The notes: a model not told the origin generated them from the sequence alone. DNA of 64,000 nt from Octopus sinensis (GCF_006345805.1 NC_043017.1:6510001-6574000), one strand, 5' to 3'. Positions 11,646 to 24,367 are shown, numbered from the stretch's first letter. Made by a program: numbers and translations.

Positions 11646-11965
11646 CCCGTGCCGGTGGCACGTAAAAAGCACCATCCGATCGTGGCCGTTGCCAACCACG
11701 CCTGGCCCCCGTGCCGGTGGCATGTAAAAAGCACCATCCGTCCATGGCCGTTTGCCAGCTCCGTCTGGCACCTGTGCGGGTGGTACGTAAAAAGCACCCA
11801 CTACACTGTCAGAATGGTTGGCGTTAGGAAGGGCATCCAGCCGTAGAAACACTGCCAGATCAGACTGGGCCTGATGCAGCCTTCTGGCTTCACAGACCCC
11901 AGTTGAACCGTCCAACCCATGCTAGCATGGAAAGCGGACGCTAAATGATGATGATGATGATGATA
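11645..11965 (+). mobile_element. RTE-type 3' end with three ~61-bp UTR modules
   Basis: gtgccggtggcacgtaaaaagcacc modules, shared core, (gat)n tail. Confidence 0.85.
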
Positions 11966-11991
11966 ATATATATATATATATATATATATAT

Positions 11992-12252
11992 AAACAATTG
12001 CAGTGTGGAAGGTGTTTATAAGGCATTTAAGAAACACACAAAACAGTTAGATTCACTTCAACATTTAAATTTAATTTGTCAAAATATTTTCGTCGCTTTG
12101 AGACCGCGACCTGTTCACTGACAAAACTTCGTGCTGCAAGAAGTTTTGTGTGTTTCTTCAATGGCTTATAAACACCTTCCACGTTGCAATTGTTTTCGTT
12201 CCAGCACACGATCCCAGATCAAGTCACTTGCTATGCAAGTACATCTCCGTAA
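11992..12252. mobile_element. Foldback (inverted) non-autonomous element, copy 1, probably Penelope-like derived
   Basis: Arms acaattgcagtgtggaaggtgtttataaggcatttaagaaacacacaaaa and ttttgtgtgtttcttcaatggcttataaacaccttccacgttgcaattgt are inverted; terminus gtacatctccgtaa; homologous to 54534 and 60440. Confidence 0.7.
12078..12122 (-). ncRNA. Minimal type-I hammerhead-ribozyme-like motif with variant core GUGAACA (G3:C8)
   Basis: Minus strand: GTCA-GTGAACA-G-GTCGC-ggtctcaaa-GCGAC-GAA-AATATT-T-TGAC. Stem I (extends to TTTGTCA/TGACAAA), stem II 5 bp, GAAA, palindromic stem III, UH cleavage site. Confidence 0.6.
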
Positions 12253-12253
12253 T

Positions 12254-12254
<1 letters not shown>

Positions 12255-12313
<59 letters not shown>

Positions 12314-12352
12314 GCAGACAGACAGACAGACAGACAGACGGACGGACGGACG

Positions 12353-12414
<62 letters not shown>

Positions 12415-12437
12415 TAGACAGACAGATAGATAGATGA

Positions 12438-12490
<53 letters not shown>

Positions 12491-12673
12491 GAGTGAGAGT
12501 GAGAGAGAGACATGTAAATAGGTAGATAAAGTGAAGTAACGATTATTTGCCAACACAATGTGGCAGTCCTGGTTGGGATGAATGTTACTGTTATTTAACC
12601 CCAGGAAAATCGGCTCCATGAAATAATAATGTTTCAATTTATTAGAAAAGCTGACTGACTGGTGAATGAATGA

Positions 12674-12710
<37 letters not shown>

Positions 12711-12731
12711 TAGACAGACAGACAGACAGAC

Positions 12732-12762
<31 letters not shown>

Positions 12763-12766
12763 TAAA

Positions 12767-12804
<38 letters not shown>

Positions 12805-12891
12805 TACAGATAGATAGATAGATAGATTGGCAAAGAGATATATAGGTAGATAGATAGATGGATAGATAGATAGACAGATAGATAGATAGAC

Positions 12892-12962
<71 letters not shown>

Positions 12963-12983
12963 TAGATAGATAGATAGACAGAC

Positions 12984-13025
<42 letters not shown>

Positions 13026-13090
13026 ACTGACTGATTGACGAATGAATGGACAGACAGACAGACAAACAGACAGATAGATAGAAAGATAGA
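12255..13090. repeat. (GATA)n/(GACA)n compound microsatellite field
   Basis: Read directly; interrupted by unique sequence at about 12520-12670. Confidence 0.97.
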
Positions 13091-13638
13091 GAAAGAGTGA
13101 GGGAGAGAGGGGTGCTACAGTAAATTCCATTCATTTGTGAAAACTCATTTAATTCTACAACATTTCAAAACATCAAACTATTTAACATGAAATCTCTATA
13201 AAAATTGATTGGTCAACTGCATATACAAATAAACTTAATTATGGTTAATTGCACAAATAGTTTTCCCAATTCTAAGTAAAACATTAGTGAAATGTAGCAT
13301 AAAAAGAAGCGTTTATTTGATTTCATATAAAGTATTCCGTTTGGAAGCCAGCATTTTCAAAATGAGTTAAAATGGAAGTCGAAAGCATTGAAGCTGCTCT
13401 GAGGATTTCAATGGAGTAAAAACTGAAGAATTCCAAATTCTGGTGATATTTTATCTTGTTTTTAATTGTGTGATTTATTTGTTTTATTTCATTAAATAAA
13501 ACTTCGCTGTAGATAAAAAGTTTTGCGCAGGCATGGCTGTCTGGTAAAGAATCTCGCTTTCGCAACCAACCACCACGTGCTTTCGGGTTCCATTCCTAGT
13601 GTGCTGATTGGCAGCATCTTGGGTAAGTGTCTTCTTAC

Positions 13639-13710
<72 letters not shown>

Positions 13711-13956
13711 GGATGATGATGATGATGATGATGGTGATGGTGATGATGGTGGTGGTGATGGTGGTGGTGGTGGTGGTGGTGGTCATGATGATGATGATGG
13801 TTGGCATTAGGTAGGGCATCCAGCCATAGAAACCATACCGAAAGAGAAAGGGAGCCTGAACAGCCCTTCAGCTGGTCAACTCCGGTCAAACCGTCTAACC
13901 CATGCCAGCATAGAAAACAGACGTTATATGATAGGGATGATGATGATGATGATATA

Positions 13957-14178
13957 TACGAGAGGCTGCTGAAAAGTTCCTGGTTTTAAGGGTGTCACAC
14001 AAGGCCTGGTTGGAGGAACAACCTTTCGAGTTCTCTTACAGGGCTTAGAAAAAAACTAAGGGACTGCTGAAATAAGCGTTTGAATCTGAGAGGGGAAAAT
14101 GTTCAATGAAATCGTAATTGACTGATCCTCCAGTATTTTCTTTTACTCAAAGCCAGGAACTTTACAGCACCCCTCATA
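13957..14178 (+). mobile_element. Mariner-derived MITE
   Basis: TIRs tacgagaggctgctgaaaagttcctggttttaag / ctcaaagccaggaactttacagcacccctcata, TA ends; the internal part resembles the transposase C-terminus (W.K..NLRGE.V.*). Confidence 0.8.
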
Positions 14179-14199
14179 TATATGTATAATGGAAATTGT

Positions 14200-14560
14200 A
14201 GCTGAGTTACCAGTGCCGGTGGCACATAAGAGAACCATCCGAACGTGGCTGTAGCCAGCACCGCATCGACTGGCCTCCGTGATGGTGGCACGTAACAAAC
14301 ACCATTCGATCGTAACCATTGCCAGCCTCACCTGGCCTCCGTGCCGGTGGCACGTAAAAGGCACCATCCGAGCGTGGCTGTTCGCCAGCCTCGTCTGGCA
14401 CCTGTGTCAGTGGCACATAAAAAAGCACCAGCTGTAGAAACATTGCCAGATCTGACTGGCCCAGTGCAGCCTTCGGGCTTCCCAGACCCCAGTTGAACCG
14501 TCCAACCCATGCTAGGATGGAAAGCGGACGTTAAATGATGATGATGATGATGATGATGAT
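14200..14560 (+). mobile_element. RTE-type 3' end with four UTR modules
   Basis: Same modules, core and tail. A shorter copy lies at 13800-13950. Confidence 0.8.
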
Positions 14561-14949
14561 ATGCATGTATGTACATATATGTGTGTGTGTATGTGTGTAC
14601 TCCTTATTCCTTTGCTCCCTTCCTCTATGTCATCATCTCATTAATATATACCATTATCATTTTCCCTATTTCTCCCTATTTGTCTCTGAAGATGGAATAT
14701 CCCATATTGTGGGATATCCCAGAAACAACTGTAAGACTTAGAATGTTTTCCAATAATAATAATGTATGCAACTTGAGATGTTTGCTTAGCCTTAACGTTT
14801 GTTGTCATCAATAACAATTATATATCTGCTGCATCGAAAATCTGCAATGGCTCCATAACACACACACACACACACACATACATATATATATGTTTAGTAC
14901 TAACTGTCACAAAAAAAGAGTACTCAATACCATAATTAGAGATTAATAT

Positions 14950-15358
14950 AAACTCTTTTATTCTTTTACTTGTTTCAGTCATGTGACTATGGCCATGCTG
15001 GAGCACCACCTTCAGTCAAGCAAATCGACCCCACGACTTATTCTTTGTAAGCCTAGTACTTATTCTATTGGTCTTATTCTATTGGTCTCTTTTGCCGAAC
15101 TGCTAAGTTACAGGGACATAAATAGACCAGCATTGGTTGTCAAGTGATGGTGGGGGACAAACACAGACACACAAACACACAAACACACACATATATATAT
15201 ATATGATGGGCTTCTCCCAGTTTCCATCCACCAAATCCACTCAAAAGGCTTTGGTCAGCCCAAGGCTATAGTAGAAGACACTTACCCAAGGTTCCATGCA
15301 GTGGGACTGAACCCAGAAACACGTGGTTGGTAAGCAAGCTAGTTACCACACAGCCACT
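14950..15358 (-). mobile_element. SINE family A, full length
   Basis: Reverse complement of the same consensus. A plus-strand tail follows at 15530-15740. Confidence 0.85.
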
Positions 15359-16142
15359 GGTCAAGTCTATGGTCAAGTCAGTCTTCTGCTACTCTGAGTT
15401 TTACCTGTAGATGCTCAGGATCTTCAGGTAAGTGGTGAAGACCCTGTGCACCTGCAGGTGGAACTCAGAGTAACAGAAGACTAACTCAATCAAAATAAAA
15501 TATGTTTTATATATCTATACGTGTGTGTGTGTGTGTGTGTGTTTCTGCTTATTTGCCCACACTGTTTGACAACCAGTGTTGGTTTGTTTACATCCCTGTA
15601 ACTTAGCAGTTCAGCAAAAGAAGCCAACAGAATAAGTACCAGATTTAAAATACGAGAACTGGGGTCAATTTGTCTGTCTAAAATCCCTCCAAAGTGGTGC
15701 CCCAGCATGGCCACAGTCCAAAGACTGAAACAAGTAAAAGATGGAAGGAGGATGAAAAGTTGTTTCTGAATCAAGAGGTGAATGGCCGCTGTTTTGTTGC
15801 CTTCGTTATTCACTTGATTAACCTGTAATTAACTTAATTCAATATTGCTTAATTCACATAAACTTAGCTGCTGTCTTTGATTAATTCAATGTAAGTGAGA
15901 CGGATATTGTTGGGAACGTAGGAGTCTGGTTAAGTTTGGGAGTAAACGGAAGAATAAGAAAGAGAGATGAAAGATCTTTAAAGAAGATAAGAGAAACCAT
16001 TGTCAGGTGGATGTAGCTCATAATAATTCTGCTTGTTTCTTCGTTACTTAGCCCATCCGTAACGCTTCCATGTGATTTGTTGAAGAGGGAGAGAAAGAGA
16101 GGAGAAATAAGAATAAGAAATGTTAGCACACCGAAAAAAAAA

Positions 16143-16735
16143 GGCGAGCTGGCAGAAACGTTAGCACACCAAGCGAAATGCTTAGTGGTATTTCGTCTGC
16201 AATTATGTTTTGAGTTCAAGTTCCGCTAAAGTCGACTTTGCCTTTCATCTTTTCGGGGTCAATAAATTAAGTACCAGTTGAGTACTGGGGTTGATGTAAT
16301 CAAATTAATCCCTTTGTCTGTCCTTGTTTGTCCCCTCTATGTTTAGCCCCTTGTGGGTAGTAAAGAAATAGGTATTTCGTCTGCCATTATGTTTTGAGTT
16401 CAAGTTCCGCCGAGGTCGACTTTGCCTTTCATCCTTTCGGGGTCAATAAATTAAGCACCAGTTATGCACTGGGGTCGATGTAATCAACTTTATCCCTTTG
16501 TCTGTCCTTGTTTGTCCCCTCTATGTTTAGCCCCTTGTGGGTAGTAAAGAAATAGGTATTTCGTCTGCCATTATGTTTTGAGTTCAAGTTCCGCCGAGGT
16601 CGACTTTGCCTTTCATCCTTTCGGGGTCAATAAATTAAGCCAGTTACGCACTGGGGTTGATGTAATCAACTTAATCCCTTTGTCTGTCCTTGTTTGTCCT
16701 CTCTATGTTTAGCCCCTTGTGGGCAATAAACAAAT
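16143..16735 (+). mobile_element. SINE family B, tandem trimer (184-bp units)
   Basis: ggtatttcgtctg restarts at 16187, 16371 and 16555. Confidence 0.9.
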
Positions 16736-17249
16736 AAGGAAGAGAGGAGGGGAAGGGAGTGAGTGAGGGGGGAAGGGAGGGAGAGGTGGTGGTGAGTGAA
16801 ATGTGTAATTTTTTTTCTAATCAAGTTTTTTTCCTCTGTTACTTATCCCGTTTGTAATGTTTCCACAAGATTAGTTGAGGGGAAAGGCGGAGAGCAAAAG
16901 AAAAAGGAGAGAGAAAAAGAGGGTAGGACGCAGAGTGAGAGAGAAAGATGGAGTGTGCTGTGTATTAAGTTTATAAAATTGTGCACAAAGTATATAGAAT
17001 GTATATATAAAGTGCATTAAGTAATCAACATATGCCAATTTCCTTCGATTTTCAATGATTAACAGATGAGCGACCATCTTTCCATATAGACACGACACAG
17101 GTTATGCTTTCAGGTTTGGATAAAATTTTCAGAAATAACTCAATAAATTTAGCATTAATTTCATGAAATATTCATAGGTCCCACTAGTCTTAATTAATAT
17201 GTTAATTTATTGCTGTTTGTTGGAATCAAGGTTCACTCAACGTTCAGCA

Positions 17250-18640
17250 GTCTTGGACTTTGCGTCCAGCTCAAGAGAGAGGAGTGATGTAGCAAGAACT
17301 AGCAGAGGGTGACAGAAACATCTGGCCCAGGGCCACAACAATTGATTCAACAAATTTGTGCTGTTGAATGGGAATTTTGTTACCTGCATCAGTAGTTGAC
17401 CCCGGACAGGGCTGGTGTCCATGTGGAAGGAGCCAAAATACCTAGACAATTTGCAGGTTGATATATGTTGTAGCAAGAACTAGTAGAGGATGACAGAAAC
17501 ATCTGGCCCAGGGTCACAACAACTGATTCAACAAATTTATGCTGTTGAATGGGAGTTTTGTTACCTGCATCAGTAGTTGACCCCAGACAGGGCTGGTGTC
17601 CATGAGGAAGGAACCAAAATACCTAGACAATTTGCAGGTTGATATATGTTGTACTATCTGAGAAGAAGACAAAAAAACATTACCAGAAAATTATCAGAAG
17701 CCGCTGAGAAAGCAAGTCATTACATCCAGCTCAAGAGAGAGGAATGATGCAGCAAGAATGAACTTTGAGGATGACAGAAACATCTGGCCCAGTGTCACAT
17801 CTGATACAATAAAGTTTGTGCAGTTGCATGAGATTTTTGTCGCCTGCATCAGTGGGTGACCCTGGGAAGTTCTAGTGTCCTAGTGGAAGGGGGCAATATA
17901 CCCAGACCATTTTCAGGTTGATATATGTTGGAAACAAAAGATGTAGCCAAAAAATTTCTGAAAGCCACTAAGAAAGCAAATCATTACATCCAGCTCAAGA
18001 GAGAGGGTTAGGGTTAGGGAAATGGGTAAGCTGGTTATACCAACACCCAGTGCAAAACTGGTACATAATTTAATGACCCCAAAAAGATGAAAGGCATGTT
18101 TGGCTGTGTGGTAAGAAGCTTGCTTCCCACTCACATGGTTCTGAGTTCGGTCCCACTGCGTTGCACCTTGGGCAAGTGTCTTCTACTGTAGCCTCAGGGC
18201 AAGGATGAACATTTATGATGACAGAAACATCTGGCCCAGAGTCACAAAAGCTGACCCAACAAAGGTTGAAAAGTTTTGTGGGAGTTTTGATACCTGCATC
18301 AGTGGGTGACCCTGGGCAGTTCTAGTGTCCTAGTGGAAGGGGCCAATATACCAAGACTGTTTTTAAGGTTAATATTCCTGAAAGCCACTAAGAAAGCAAT
18401 TCATTACATCCAACACAAGAGAGAGGCATGGTGCAGATAGGATGAACATTGATGCTGACAGAAACATTTCGCCCAGAGTCACAAAATCTGACTCAACAAA
18501 GGTTGAAAAGTTTTGTGGGGATTTTGATACCTACATTAGAGGGTGATCCTGTGGTCACAGTGGAAGGGGTCGAATACCAACAGAGCTGCTTCACTGCTTG
18601 GTGAGACATTGTCCTCTGCATTCAAAGACAGAGTACAAAA
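17250..18640. repeat. Degenerate ~180-280-bp tandem repeat (about 6 units) interrupted by SINE fragments
   Basis: Recurrent gatgacagaaacatctggcccag...acctgcatcagt...gacc at about 17305, 17490, 17770, 18215 and 18455; homolog at 30830-31090. Confidence 0.8.
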
Positions 18641-18936
18641 ACATCCCCAACACTCAAGTGGTAACTTTAAAGTATGTTAACAATCTATTTCATCAGACCA
18701 TTGTCAGGCTGATAAATGTATAATTAATGAGTAAATAAATCAATTAATCAAACCACTGCCACATGTTGATAAAGATGAATTAACAAGTCAATGAACTAAT
18801 TAATAAATGAAAGCAATATCAGGTTGGTAAATATAAATTAATGTCAATTAATTAACAATAAGTCAAATCACTGTCATGCTTCCCCCCTATATATATATAT
18901 ATTATATATATATATAATATATATATATATATATTA

Positions 18937-18968
<32 letters not shown>

Positions 18969-18971
18969 CAT

Positions 18972-19012
<41 letters not shown>

Positions 19013-19209
19013 CACACACACACACACATATATATACACACATATACACACATATATACATACATATATATATATATATATACATACAGACACACACATA
19101 TAAAATTTTGGCACAAAGCCAGCAATTTCGAGAGGAATGGGTAAGCTGGTTATACCAACACCCTGTGCTCAATTGGTACATAATTTAATGACCCCAAAAA
19201 GATGAAAGG

Positions 19210-19525
19210 CATGTATGGCTGTGTGGTAAGAAGCTTGCTTTCCGGTCACATGGTTCTGAGTTCAGTCCCACTGTGTTGCACCTTGGGCAAGTGTCTTTTA
19301 CTGTAGCCTCGGAGCAACCAAAGCCTCGTGAGTGGATTTGGCAGACGGAAACTGAAAGAAGCCCATCTTGTCAACCAGTGCAGATGTGTTTACATTCCCA
19401 TAACTTACTGATTCAACAAAAAAGACCAATAAAATAAGTCCCAGGCTTGACAAAAATAAATCTTGGGGTCGATTTGTTGAACAAATCGACTTCAAAAACA
19501 CTTCAAGATGACTGAGACAATTAAA
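19210..19525 (+). mobile_element. SINE family A (linker deleted)
   Basis: Head and degenerate tail. Other partial copies at about 3880-4345, 4560-4690, 18100-18200, 20445-20575, 21017-21185, 24480-24730, 25860-26030, 26870-27025, 27965-28200, 32438-32600, 42870-43080, 44508-44670 and 52760-53000. Confidence 0.8.
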
Positions 19526-19699
19526 GGACAAAAGATAGATTAATTAATGAATATCATGGATTGCGTGGGATATAATTATCTATATTTGCACAAATTGCTC
19601 AGTGAATAAAACAAAAAGAAGCTTTCTTCTTGTTTTATTGTATAATCTATACAGGTGTGATATAACTGCTGTGCCTTATCATGGACAATATATCAAATC

Positions 19700-20155
19700 A
19701 AATCTGCCCAGAGCGACTTTGCCTTTCATCCTTTTGGGGTCGGTAAATTAAGTACAAGTTCCATACTGGGGTTGATCTCATTGATTGGCCCCCTCTCCCC
19801 AAAATATCAGGTGTTGTGCCTAGAGAAGAAAAGAATATATTGAATGAATAAGGTGGCGAGCTAGTAGAAATGTTAGCACACCTGGCGAAATGCTTAGCGG
19901 TATTTCGTCTGCCTTTACATTCTGAGTTCAAATTCCGCCAAGGTCGACTTTGCCTTTCATTCTTTCAGGGTCAATAAATTAAGTGCCATTTGCTTACTGG
20001 GGGTCGATCTAATCGATTGGTCCCCTCCCCCAAAATTTCAGGCCTTGTGCCTAGAGTAGAATCAATAAAGTGGCAAGCTGGCAGAAATGTTAGCACACTG
20101 GGCAAAATGCTTAGCTGTATTTTGTCTGTCTTTACGTTCTGAGTTCAAATTCCAG
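19700..20155 (+). mobile_element. SINE family B array (alternative tail ccccaaaatttcaggccttgtgcctagagtaga)
   Basis: Three consecutive partial or complete copies. Confidence 0.8.
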
Positions 20156-21619
20156 GGTAGATCTAATTGATAACATATCAATTAATATGAAAATTATGTA
20201 TTAATGAGAAACCTCTATTAATGGCTGATGATTGCTCAACATTTTAAAACTGTTGTAATATTTACAATATTTAATGATCGTACCAAATTACCGGAGTTAT
20301 TCTTTTTGCTTATTTTGATTATAATCACCCCTTGGATTTATATGGATAACACCATACAAATTCTGGTGCATCTAACTTAAGTACCATATTCATCTGAATC
20401 TAAATTTTGCTGAACTTATATATATATATATATACAGTGGGCTTTTTTCCATTCTATCTACCAAATCCACTCATAGGGCTATAGCAGAAGACACTTTGCC
20501 CACGGTACTAGGCGGTGGGACTGAACACAGAACCACGTGGTTGGGAAGCAAGCTTCTTACCACAGAGCCATGCCTGTGTCTGTGTGCATTTACTTTGCAT
20601 TGATTTGTGAATATACAATTGCATTGTATAATGCCAAAGCTTGATATTAATGCAAACATGTAATTTCCACACGGAAATTAATATTACATGAAGAAGTTTG
20701 CAAAAGGCCATAATCTTAAAGATGTCAAGCAGGTTTCATAAATATACATTCACCTCTTGTATATTCTGACATTTATGGTTTATATACTCCTCCTGAGATA
20801 ATTTCATCGATCAGATCTTCTGATCTTCAGGATTCTCATTTACGTGGACACTCTACATCACACTTCTCTGTATTAAATGATTTTGTGGACTGATAGCTGA
20901 GTCAGTAAGAGGAGCTTTAAGTGACAGCCACACAATTCCCTGGATCCTTATCTTTTAATACAAATCAATCTCTCTCTCTTTCTTACTCATTCACTATAAA
21001 TATATATATTTATATAGGTGCAGGAGTGGCTGTGTGGTAAGTAGTTTGCTTGCCAACAACATGGTTCCAGGTTCAGTCCCACTGCATGGTACCTTGGGCA
21101 AGTGTTTCCTACTATAGCCTCGGGCCGACCAAAGACTTGTGAGTGGATTTGGTAGACAGAAACTGAAAGAAGCCCATCGTATATATGTCTATATATATGT
21201 ATGTGTGTGTGTGATCATCATCATCACCATCATTTTAGAAGGAAGACATTAAATGATGATAAAGATGGTGATATATATGTGCATGTGTATATATATAAGT
21301 ATGTATATATATATATGCATACAATCACATACATACATGTGTGTGCATATACTTTAATGTTTAAAATCTTCAATGCTTTCATATAATATACATCTACATA
21401 AATGTATACATACATAAAAATGAATGTATATATATATATATGTATGTTTATATACATGTACATAACATATGATTGTTTGTAGTGTATCAACAAACAATGC
21501 CTTCATATTGTGTTCTGATATACGCTTGTGCGAGTCCCATTGAGATAAGACCTCTCAGGGGTCCATATTTTGATTATATTATAGCAACCCCCACACATAC
21601 ACACACGTAAACAGAAACC

Positions 21620-22045
21620 CACTTGTTCACCCACCCATCCATCCATCATCCATATATACATACATGCATACAAGCATATACATACATGCATATACATATA
21701 TATACATGCATATACATATATATATATTTATACATATATATAAATAAACATATATATATATATATATACATGCACATACATATATATAAATGTATATATG
21801 GACATACACACACACACATATATACACACAGATATGTATGTGTGTGTATATATATATATATACATACACACACATATATATGCATATATATATATTTATA
21901 TATATCTATATACACACACATATATGTATGCATATATATGTATATGTATATATACATATAAATATATATATATGGATAAATATATGGATAAATACTTATA
22001 GATATATGTAAGTATAAACACATATGTATATATATATATGCATAA

Positions 22046-22081
<36 letters not shown>

Positions 22082-22544
22082 CATATATATATATATATAT
22101 ATATATATCTATATATATATATATATATACATATATGTATATAGACACACACACACACATGCACACACACACACACATATATATAATCACACCAATCATT
22201 ACACCACAGCATAATGTATATTTGACCTGCAGTACTTGAGATCTATAATATCTCTATATACATAATGTATATCTATAAAGCATCTCTATTATGTACGGAT
22301 CAATAACAATTTATAAATGAATCAATGACTAGAAGAAAGAATGAATGAGGGAATAAAAAAACAGAAGGAGATTAATGAAAATGCTATTATGGGACTTACT
22401 TGGCCATTCTCAAGAGCTTCAGATAAAACTGCACCAAAGGCTCCATGGTTAATAAACGTTACCTCTGGCTGCAACAAACAAACAAATAATGTATATATAT
22501 AATATATACATACTTATCATCATCATCATCATCATCATATGTAT

Positions 22545-22589
<45 letters not shown>

Positions 22590-22772
22590 AACACACACAC
22601 ACATATTTATAGGTTAAGATAAACTTGCTTGGAAATATAATATATATGTGTGTGTGTGCATGTGTTTGTGTGTGTGTGTATGTGTATTTATTTAGCTATA
22701 TTTTTATATATATATACACAAACATATATGTAAGTGTGTGTTTGTGTGGTGTGTGTGTGTGTATGTGTGTGC

Positions 22773-22806
<34 letters not shown>

Positions 22807-24367
22807 TGAAAGAGAGAGAGATGTATGGATATCTATATCTATCTATCTATCTATCAATCTCTCTATTTCCTTATCTCTCCCCCTTTCTCTCCCCTCTCTC
22901 GCTACATCTCTCTCTCTATATATATATACACACATGGCCCTCTATGTATGTATGCATGTATGTATGTACATATGTATTGATGTATGTGTGTATGGATGTA
23001 TGTGTGTATGTATGTATGTATGTATGTATGTATGTATGTATGTGTGTATGTATGTATGTACATATGTATGTATGTATGTACATATGTACGTATGTATGTG
23101 TGTTTGCATGTATGTATGTATGTATGTATGTATGTATGTATGTATGTATGTATGTATGTAGGTATGTATGTACGTATGTATGTACGTATGTATGTGTGTA
23201 TGTATGTATGTATGTATGTATGTGTGTTGTATGTATGTATGTATGTATGTATGTAGTATGTATGTACGTATGTATGTGTTGTATGTATGTATGTATGTAT
23301 GTATGTATGTATGTATGTATGTATGTATGTATGGATGTATGTGTGTGGTATGTATGTATGTATGTATGTATGTATGTATGTACGTATGTATGTATGTATG
23401 TAGTATGTATGTATGTATGTACGTATGTATGTATGTATGTATGTATGTATGTTGTATGTATGTATGATGTATGTATGTATGTACGTATGTAGTATGATGT
23501 ATGTATGCATGTATGTATGTATGTATGTATGTATGTGTGTTATGCATGCATGTATGTATGTAGTATGTATGTATGTATGTATGTATGTATGTACGTATGT
23601 ATGTATGTATGTATGTATGTATTATGTATGTGGTGTATGCATTATGTATGTATGTATGTATGTGTATGTATGTTGTATGTTGTAGTATGTATGTATGTAG
23701 GTATGTATGGTATGTATGCATATGTATGTATGTATGTGCATGTCATGTAGCATGATGTATGCATGGTATGTATGTATGTTTTATGTATGTGTGCTGTATG
23801 TACGATGTATGTATGTATGTATGTATGTATGTATGTATGTATGTGTGTATGTTATGTAGTATGTATGTGTATGTATGTATGTATGTATGTGTGTATGCAT
23901 GTATGTATGTATGTTGTGTGTATGTATGTATGTGTGTATGTATGTATGTATGTATGTGTGTATGCATGTATGTATGTATGTGTGTATGTATGTATGTATG
24001 TGTGTATGTATGTATGTATGTATGCATGCATGCCTGCATGCATGTATGTATGTATGTGTGTATGTATGTATGTATGTATGCATGCATGCCTGCATGCATG
24101 TATGTATGTATGTGTGTATGCATGTATGCATGTATGTATGTATGTATGTATGTATGTATGTATGTATGTATGTATGTATGTATGTGTGTGTGTATGTATG
24201 TATATATAATGCATATGAAGTAATTTATACAAACAAATCAAGGCATACATAATGAAATAAAGAAGCACACACAACATGTATACGTATAAATGCATGTATG
24301 TATGTGTGTGTGTGTGTGTGTATGTGTGTGTGTGTGTATGTATGTGTGTGTGTGTGTGTGTGTATGT

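Noticed and set aside
13323-13565. 80-aa minus ORF and short plus peptide MEVESIEAALRISME
   Set aside because: No splice context or recognisable domain; at most a decayed transposon scrap.
20800-20840. Other CTGANGA occurrences (minus strand here, CTGACGA at about 54417, CTGATGA at about 45200 minus, CTGAGGA at about 57648)
   Set aside because: No stem II-GAAA-stem III-UH-stem I arrangement could be completed.
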